Virus record (IMG/VR): IMGVR_UViG_2513237098_000002
Coordinates: 8,147 to 72,146 of that record
Origin: a virus
Taxonomy: Duplodnaviria > Caudoviricetes
Length of the DNA stretch: 64,000 nt
Reading direction: 5' to 3' (one strand)
In this document: one piece after another, positions 58,067-64,000 of the stretch
Position numbering within the stretch: the stretch's first letter is position 1
Layout of the letters: each line of letters begins with the position of its first letter
The notes under the pieces: model-generated
What the model saw: the letters and a program-made list of their open reading frames with translations, nothing else
Databases searched by the model: none
What the model was told of the DNA's origin: nothing
Made by a program: the position numbers and the translations under genes

Positions 58067-58141
58067 TTACTCAAAACTCCACCTGTACTGAATTGGCTCA
58101 ATATAGGGGGAGGCGAGGGGAAGTGGAGTCGGAACTGCGAT

Positions 58142-58417
58142 TTAGCAGTCCGGACAGGTATCCCCGATGCTTGCCCTGACCTCATCCAGCGCGGCGATGC
58201 AGGCCTCGGGTGTAGCGCCTGGGAAGGGGTTCCTCCATGCTTCTTCGCGGGCTCGCTGCCAGGCATCCGGATCGCTTCGATCGATCCGGTGGCCATGATG
58301 AGGGCATTCGACCACCGCACCCTGGTCGATCAACGCGCCGAGGGCCCAGCCTTGCAATGTGCGGTAAGCCGGGCGCGCTGATTGCAGCGGGAGCTTGCGT
58401 TGTGGGTGGGTTGGCAT
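58142..58417 (-). CDS. Conserved hypothetical protein
   Basis: GWALGALIDQGAVVECPHHGH...CPDC. Confidence 0.6.
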   Translation of the reverse strand: MPTHPQRKLPLQSARPAYRTLQGWALGALIDQGAVVECPHHGHRIDRSDPDAWQRAREEAWRNPFPGATPEACIAALDEVRASIGDTCPDC

Positions 58418-58765
58418 ATCGACGGCCCCGAATCGTTTCGATGCCGTGAAATATACCATTCCTGTCAACTCGCCCCGTTCGCGAGAGAGTTATTCCCGTT
58501 GTCCCGTGCTCCGGAGCTTGGAACACTACGGGCATTCGTCATCTCTCTTCGGGAAGGGCTCGTAAGCCTTATGGCCCAAGAACGTGCTTGCAAAACTTGC
58601 AGAGCCCGGCGCGTATCAAGCGCCTCTTTCGCCCTAGCTCGGCATTCGCCGATCTTGTCAACAATGTCCTGACGGTGCACCATCGCTTGAACCCCTCCAG
58701 CAGACGCGGCGGCTCGCCAGGTGCCGGGACATTGCAGACCGCGAATAGCCGACCCGGCATGTAAT

Positions 58766-58963
58766 TCAACGGCGAGGACGGCCTCTACGGGCGAAGACCA
58801 GACCAGCGAGTTTATCCGCCTCAGCTCGAAGCGCGCCGGCCTGTTTCATGGCTTCTATCCGATCTGGCCCCGGCGGCATGGCCCGCGCGTTCTCAAGGGC
58901 TTTTGTCGCTTGGGCATCCAGTTCGGCGCGCGACTGCCCATTTATGACACTGTCTTCCTTCAT
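58766..58963 (-). CDS. Small helical protein (MPPGPDR family)
   Basis: ARAMPPGPDRIEAMKQAG. Confidence 0.55.
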   Translation of the reverse strand: MKEDSVINGQSRAELDAQATKALENARAMPPGPDRIEAMKQAGALRAEADKLAGLVFARRGRPRR

Positions 58964-59216
58964 CTAGCGCTTTGAGTTGCCCCGATCTTCGCCGAAGCCA
59001 TGAAGAAAGGCTCGCTGCTGTTACCCAACCTCAATAGCATTTGACCTTCCTAGCCATAAAAGAAGTCGTCGAATGGAGTCCCCTCCAAGGCCGTGCGCGC
59101 CTCAAGACGCCGGACGATTCAGGACAGCGGGCGTGACCGACTCAGGAAGACGAACGACTCCCTTGCACCCGCAGCTTGTCCGATACTGGGGCTTTTTCTT
59201 GGCGGCGGCCAAGTTA

Positions 59217-59325
59217 GGAACGGAGCTGTCGTCGCGTCGTTATGCCGGTGCGCACACGAACACCAACCGTGTGAGCGACGCGCAAACAGCAGCTCGGTCC
59301 GACCCCCGGCCGGGCTGCTTTGTTT
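59217..59325 (+). ncRNA. Candidate sigma-EcfG-dependent sRNA, copy A (coordinates include the promoter)
   Basis: GGAAC-N16-CGTT, CACACG/CGTGTG hairpin, GCAGCTCGG/CCGGGCTGC terminator with T tract. Confidence 0.5.
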
Positions 59326-59380
59326 GTCATAACATGACCAGCCATGTCCGCGAGCTAGTACAGGTCGAGGCCGTCGGATG

Positions 59381-59593
59381 CTAGCTGCTTGCGCTCGTGG
59401 AAGGGGTCCTCGGAGACGTCGGGCTGAGAGGGAGGCCGGTACGGGCGAGGGCCTGAAGGGCTGACTCTTCTTCCGACAGCCGTCGCTCGATGTACTGTCG
59501 CTCCAGCTCCGTCAGCCGAGTTCTGAGCAATTGGCGATAGCGGCGAATATTGTTGCGATGCGAGCGCATGCGAGCAATGGACTCGTCGATCAT
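59381..59593 (-). CDS. Conserved small rhizobial protein
   Basis: HRNNIRRYRQLLRTRLTELERQYIERRL. Confidence 0.65.
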   Translation of the reverse strand: MIDESIARMRSHRNNIRRYRQLLRTRLTELERQYIERRLSEEESALQALARTGLPLSPTSPRTPSTSASS

Positions 59594-59846
59594 CGTCGGT
59601 TCACCTAGTGTTGGCTATGTCGATCCTCTGGTGTTTAAGGGGAGGCCCCGTCAACGAAAATAGGTGGGACTGCGCGCCGATCAAGGAGCAATACTGACCC
59701 GATTCAGGCAAACAGCTCGGCACCTTCCGGCGTGATCTTCACCGCGCGCGATCACGCAAACAGCAGCTCGGCCGCGCTGCTTTGTTTAGCTTTGTCATTG
59801 TCCTAATTTGGCTGCACCAAGCGACCGGCCATGCATTAAGACGTTC

Positions 59847-60092
59847 ATGGCTGAGTCATTCGGCACCGAATACACGATTGTTGAAGTAACGGCGGACGAC
59901 GCGATGACCCGCCCAAGCCAGCAACTTTGGGCCGCTGCCGCTAAACCGAGCCAAGCCCTTACTCTAGTTCTGACAGCGGTCCCAGAAGGTTGGACGGCGG
60001 AGGTTGCGACTGGACACGTGAGGCTCCAGCAATTGAAAGAGCTGCAAAACCTACACCTCAAGCCTGGCGAAGTGCACAAGCTGACGAGGTAG
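59847..60092 (+). CDS. Conserved small rhizobial protein
   Basis: QLWAAAAKPSQALTLVLTAVPEGW. Confidence 0.6.
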   Translation: MAESFGTEYTIVEVTADDAMTRPSQQLWAAAAKPSQALTLVLTAVPEGWTAEVATGHVRLQQLKELQNLHLKPGEVHKLTR

Positions 60093-60192
60093 CCTCGGCT
60101 CATTGCCTTCACCGGGAAATGCGGCCTAGTTTATCGGGGAAGTGGCCGCGACGGGCGACACTAGTGGTGCCGGCGCGCCTGCCCCGTCTGCA

Positions 60193-60429
60193 ATGTTCCG
60201 CAACCGGGCGAAGCACCGCGCCTTCCAAGGGGCTACGCGACGTCGTTTCAAACAGCTTCAACCACTCGAAGAGCGGCTGATGGATGAGGCGAAGCGCCTC
60301 CGCGATGAAGCTAAAAAGCTCCCACTTGGTCGTGAACGGGAGAAGAAGTTACGTAAAGCGCGCTACGACGAAACCGCCGCCCAATTAGCCGAGTGGCTAA
60401 CATCTCCCGGGCTAAGATCGCCGGTCTAG
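60193..60429 (+). CDS. Small helical protein (RRRFKQ family)
   Basis: LEERLMDEAKRLRDEAKKLPLGRERE...EWLTSPGL. Confidence 0.65.
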   Translation: MFRNRAKHRAFQGATRRRFKQLQPLEERLMDEAKRLRDEAKKLPLGREREKKLRKARYDETAAQLAEWLTSPGLRSPV

Positions 60430-60648
60430 GTAAATAGCTCGGCGCCTTCCGGCGTGATCTTCACATAGGTGCGTAAGCCAGGGCAATCCGCGCTCGATCG
60501 CGGCGGCTTTCCTCGCAAAGAAGGCACTTCATTGGTAATCCCCACGTTCCAAGGCTGGACATTGCCGTCAGCGGCGTATCATTAGCCTCAGCAGCTTCCC
60601 CCGATTCCCCCTGATGCTGGGGCTTTTTTGGGCGGCTGCACCAACTTC

Positions 60649-60758
60649 GGAACGGGCCTTTCGTGGCGAAGTTATGTAGATGCACACGGGAGCATCAGAC
60701 CGTGTGAGCAGGCGCAAACGGCAGCTCGGTCCTACACTCGGCCGGGCTGCTCTATTTT
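60649..60758 (+). ncRNA. Candidate sigma-EcfG-dependent sRNA, copy B (coordinates include the promoter)
   Basis: GGAAC-N16-AGTT; same hairpin and terminator as copy A. Confidence 0.5.
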
Positions 60759-61040
60759 GGTGATTCGATGCCCGTCATGTCAGTGGTCGGCCCGGGGACT
60801 CCGCTGACTCCTTGTTCTGGCCCGGCGCATTTGCGCAATTGCCCCTGTTGTTGCAGGCCTGCGCAGGCGGAGCAACCGTCGTCAGGGCGACGACAAGAGC
60901 GGCAACCATCTGACGTCTCCTTTCTGACTGATATTAAATTTGAAATAAAATAACATATAAAAAATTTTAAACATAATTAGTTAAATGCCAAACCTTCCTG
61001 ACCATATCAAGTTCCGCTCCTTCCAAGGAGGGCGGCTCGT

Positions 61041-61253
61041 ATGCGCATTTCAATACGCACTGCCAAAAAGCTTCGCGAGCAAGTGGCGTCAGATAGGGAC
61101 ATACTCGCACGGAAGATGTCGGATTTACGTTTGCTTCGAAAAATCGTAGCCGACGCTGAAATTGCCGCTAGTTCCCGCGGCAGCAGACTGCGGGCATCGC
61201 TAAGACGAACCGCGCGCCCGGCGAACGTGGCAGAGGCCACAAATGCGGTCTGA
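61041..61253 (+). CDS. Small hypothetical protein
   Basis: 70-aa helical ORF. Confidence 0.4.
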   Translation: MRISIRTAKKLREQVASDRDILARKMSDLRLLRKIVADAEIAASSRGSRLRASLRRTARPANVAEATNAV

Positions 61254-61438
61254 TCGCTTCGGTGATTCTCACAAACCCAACCTCTGTCTTCGCAAAGAAG
61301 GCACTTCATTTTCCGAGCGGTCTCCTATTCCCTAGGGACTCCAGCAACCTACATGCTGCTGGAATGTTAACGGCTATCACCAACTATCGGTGATGAGAAC
61401 GCCGGGCAGCGCTCTCGCCCACTGTACGGAGCAGCGCC

Positions 61439-61624
61439 ATGTTTAAGCGGCGTCGTTTCAAACAGCTTCGACCGCTCACAGAACGCCTGATCGAAGAGGC
61501 GAAGTGGCTCCGCGAGGAGGCTAAGGTGCTGCCACCCGGCAGTGAGCGGAACAAGAAGTTACGGAAAGCGCGTGAGGACGAAGCCGCCGCCCATATCGCT
61601 GAGTGGCTAACATCTCCCGGCTAA
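61439..61624 (+). pseudogene. Paralog of 60193-60429 shortened by a 1-nt deletion near the 3' end
   Basis: tctcccggctaag versus tctcccgggctaag in the paralog. Confidence 0.55.
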
Positions 61625-61885
61625 GACCGCCGATCTGAGTGCAATTCGCGCTTGGCACTTAACGCATGTTGCAGCGGCTCTACCCCGCCCGTGATTGTCT
61701 ATTGGCGGTAGCCTCTGCGGCGTCTGCGCCGCGCCTCCATGCCCACTTAGATGCGCGGGCGCGGCACTGTAGCGGTAGCCCTTGTCAGCCCCAGCCCGTG
61801 CGCCTTAACGCGCGCCAATATTGCCTCCAACGAACCACAAGAGGTGCGCTTGGGGTGCACGGCTCGGGCTGCGAGTCGGAGATTT

Positions 61886-62149
61886 CTAGACAAACAGCTC
61901 GGCACCTTCCGGCGTGATCTTCACGTAGGTGCCGCTCTCGTGCATCCAGAGCCACCCGCGCTCGATCGCGAGCTTTAGGCCCGCCCCGTATTCCGCCGGC
62001 TTGGCCTTGTCCTGAAAGAGCATCGGGTAGTTGATCTTCTCGATGTGGATGCGGCCGTCCTGCACGGGCTCGACGGCGTGCGCGATCTCCATCAAGCGGC
62101 GCGCCGCGGCTTCTGGATCGGCGTAGGTCCTATCTTCGACGAATTTCAT
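61886..62149 (-). CDS. Conserved small rhizobial protein
   Basis: [11 protein letters not shown]...[12 protein letters not shown]. Confidence 0.7.
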   Translation of the reverse strand: MKFVEDRTYADPEAAARRLMEIAHAVEPVQDGRIHIEKINYPMLFQDKAKPAEYGAGLKLAIERGWLWMHESGTYVKITPEGAELFV

Positions 62150-62808
62150 GCTGCGAGTTTATCTTCCTTGTCGGGGCCGCGCATGACGATCTTTAGGGCG
62201 TCGTCCGGCAGCGGCCGCTGGAGCGCCTTGGCCTCATCCCATGGCGCGCGTAGCCAGACGTCGCGCTCCTCGTCCGTCGTGAGGATGACCGGCATGGCCT
62301 TGTCATGGATCGGTTCGACGACCGCGTTCGCCTCGGTGGTCAGGAAGCCATAGACGAGGTGAGGGCCGGGGACAGGCTTCGACTTGGTGCCGCGGTCGCC
62401 CTTGAACTCCGTCCAGATGCCAGCAAAGGCGGTAAGCGGCCGATCGTCGTTCAGCGCGAACCAGACCACGTCCTTTTTCTTCGTCTCCGGGTTAGGCTCG
62501 GGCGCGTATTCAGCAAAGCTGTTGAAGGGTACGAGGCAGCGGTTTTCTGGCTTGAGCCAGGCGCGCCAGTATTTTGAAGCGGTATTGCGGATATTCGTTA
62601 CTGGTCCTCCGGGCTTTTGCGGTGGCGGCGGCATGCCCCATCGCATCATGACCATCTCGCGACCGTCAGAGGCGTCGCGGATGACGGGCGCCGGATAGTC
62701 TGGAAATACGCCTGGCATCGGCGGCAAATTACCCACGTAGCGGTTGAGGACGCGGAAGAGGGCGCGGATCGCTTCTTGGTTGGTCGTGATCGAGTAGAGA
62801 TTACAGAT
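62146..62808 (-). CDS. SOS response-associated peptidase (SRAP/HMCES), start codon reads ATC
   Basis: CNLY N-terminus, [32 protein letters not shown]. Confidence 0.88.
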   Translation of the reverse strand: MCNLYSITTNQEAIRALFRVLNRYVGNLPPMPGVFPDYPAPVIRDASDGREMVMMRWGMPPPPQKPGGPVTNIRNTASKYWRAWLKPENRCLVPFNSFAEYAPEPNPETKKKDVVWFALNDDRPLTAFAGIWTEFKGDRGTKSKPVPGPHLVYGFLTTEANAVVEPIHDKAMPVILTTDEERDVWLRAPWDEAKALQRPLPDDALKIVMRGPDKEDKLAA

Positions 62809-62824
62809 GGCGCACCTATACCGT

Positions 62825-63022
62825 TTATTTTGCGGGTCGATTGTGTCTTGCCAGCCAAAGCAGGAATGCGGCCAGCGCCAAGCCTGGCAAGCCAAACCAG
62901 AGCCATATTACGAAAGCTACGTCGTAGTCGACGGGTTCTCGTGCGCTCAATGCGATCCAAAGCGCTAAGGCCGTCGGGAAAAGGCAAAAAACAGCCGTCA
63001 GACTAAACGCGTTTGATCTCAT
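62825..63022 (-). CDS. Small two-TM membrane protein
   Basis: Two hydrophobic helices. Confidence 0.55.
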   Translation of the reverse strand: MRSNAFSLTAVFCLFPTALALWIALSAREPVDYDVAFVIWLWFGLPGLALAAFLLWLARHNRPAK

Positions 63023-63029
63023 GCTGACA

Positions 63030-63476
63030 TCAGTCTGCGGTGCCTCTGATCATGTGCTCGGAATAAACGTGCGCCTCAGTACCAGCAATGTCGATTGTGG
63101 CACCGCAGAAACAACGTGAAACTCCGGATGTCGTCTGCGTCGGTAGCTTCATCCCCGCTTCCCACATTGCGTGTTTCCAGGCGGTGAAGACCTGTGACTG
63201 TTGCCATGCCTGGAAATCGGCCTCGGTGCGGTTCGCCAGCAGCGCCTCCCAAGCGGCTTCAAAATCGGCGCGGGCGGCCTCGAAGGTCTCGGCGGTGCCG
63301 GTCTGGTGCTCGCCTGGTTTGGTCCCGGGATAGAAGCCGCAGCTCCACTCCCACGGGGGCTCGGATCCCGGGGCGCCATTGCGCCTCGCAATGGTGCCGA
63401 CGCACACGTCGCCGTAGTGAACGCGCCAGCATTCCTCCGGCCGCGTTGGATCGCGCCGGCGCGTCAACTCGAGCAT
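63030..63476 (-). CDS. Conserved hypothetical protein
   Basis: WRVHYGDVCVG...WSCGFYPG...CFCG; TAATG overlap. Confidence 0.7.
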   Translation of the reverse strand: MLELTRRRDPTRPEECWRVHYGDVCVGTIARRNGAPGSEPPWEWSCGFYPGTKPGEHQTGTAETFEAARADFEAAWEALLANRTEADFQAWQQSQVFTAWKHAMWEAGMKLPTQTTSGVSRCFCGATIDIAGTEAHVYSEHMIRGTAD

Positions 63477-63925
63477 TAGTCCTCTCCGGGATAGCGCCGT
63501 TGCCGCGGCGCCACTTGATGCAGCTCCGTCGGTGGCCGCCTTCCCGCCTTGGCGCACTTCACACAGCGCAGCCTGCTTGCAAGATCATGGATGAACGTGG
63601 TGGCGGCGTGGGACAGGGTGGCGAGATCGACGCTGCGCGGCGTCTTGCAGCGGGAGCACCTGATCTCGAGCCAGGCGTAGCCGCCATTGATGGCCTGATC
63701 GATCGTGGGCGACGGATCGATCGGGCCGCCATCAGCCCACATCCGCTCGTTCCAGCTCTGGCAGGCGAGGCCGTCCGCCTCCCGGATCAGCGCCTCACCG
63801 GCGGCGCGCTTTTCGGCGGCGCGCTCCGCGAGAATCTTGGTCATCGCCCGCGCTTTCGTCAGCTCCTTTGCGAGCGCTTTCCGGTCGCCGCCGGATAGTG
63901 GGGTAGGGTGATGTTTCGGGGCCAT
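63476..63925 (-). CDS. Zn-ribbon protein, first gene of the SOS-boxed operon
   Basis: CSRC...LRCVKC; ATG at 63925. Confidence 0.7.
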   Translation of the reverse strand: MAPKHHPTPLSGGDRKALAKELTKARAMTKILAERAAEKRAAGEALIREADGLACQSWNERMWADGGPIDPSPTIDQAINGGYAWLEIRCSRCKTPRSVDLATLSHAATTFIHDLASRLRCVKCAKAGRRPPTELHQVAPRQRRYPGED

Positions 63926-63946
63926 GGTAAGGGATAATAAGCCTGT

Positions 63947-63961
63947 GAACAGGACGTGAAC
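63947..63961 (-). promoter_or_regulatory. Alphaproteobacterial LexA (SOS) box
   Basis: GTTC-N7-GTTC on the minus strand, 21 nt upstream of the ATG at 63925, next to TATTAT. Confidence 0.75.
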
Positions 63962-64000
63962 ATGGCGGGCTTTTAGCGCATCCGACAAAACGTCCAACAC

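Noticed and set aside
62809-62895. 29-aa N-terminal extension of SRAP from the ORF track
   Set aside because: It overlaps the upstream membrane gene and would block the catalytic N-terminal Cys.
44040-64000. Prophage attR or integration site
   Set aside because: No tRNA 3' duplicate or matching direct repeat can be identified without the left boundary.

Overview
The window holds most of a temperate alphaproteobacterial prophage, probably from a Bradyrhizobium-like host (inferred from gene families and high GC), followed by a repair and stress accessory region. From left to right: a replication module (exonuclease C-terminus, vWA protein, primase-helicase, iteron-like repeats); a leftward cassette-like operon (6.0-9.5 kb) in which five genes are each preceded by a copy of one covarying two-hairpin element; an HK97-type head module in unusual order (terS, terL, cargo, GH25 endolysin, HNH, a 1149-aa two-effector protein with a nested gene, protease-capsid fusion, portal, collagen-like protein); a complete Mu-like contractile tail; a leftward run of small early-type genes with an operator array and HTH regulators (44-51 kb); an rsr/Ro60 gene preceded by three tandem Y-RNA-like genes; two truncated ATP-dependent ligases, Ku, a GNAT, two paralogous candidate sigma-EcfG sRNAs; and a LexA-boxed operon ending in an SRAP gene with an ATC start. 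No integrase, att site, CRISPR array or reverse transcriptase is visible. The strongest novelty candidates are the five-copy structured leader element, the chained HPRD-motif effector/small-ORF locus between the head genes, and the triple Y RNA-Ro60 locus. Family names come from motif recognition by eye, not database searches.
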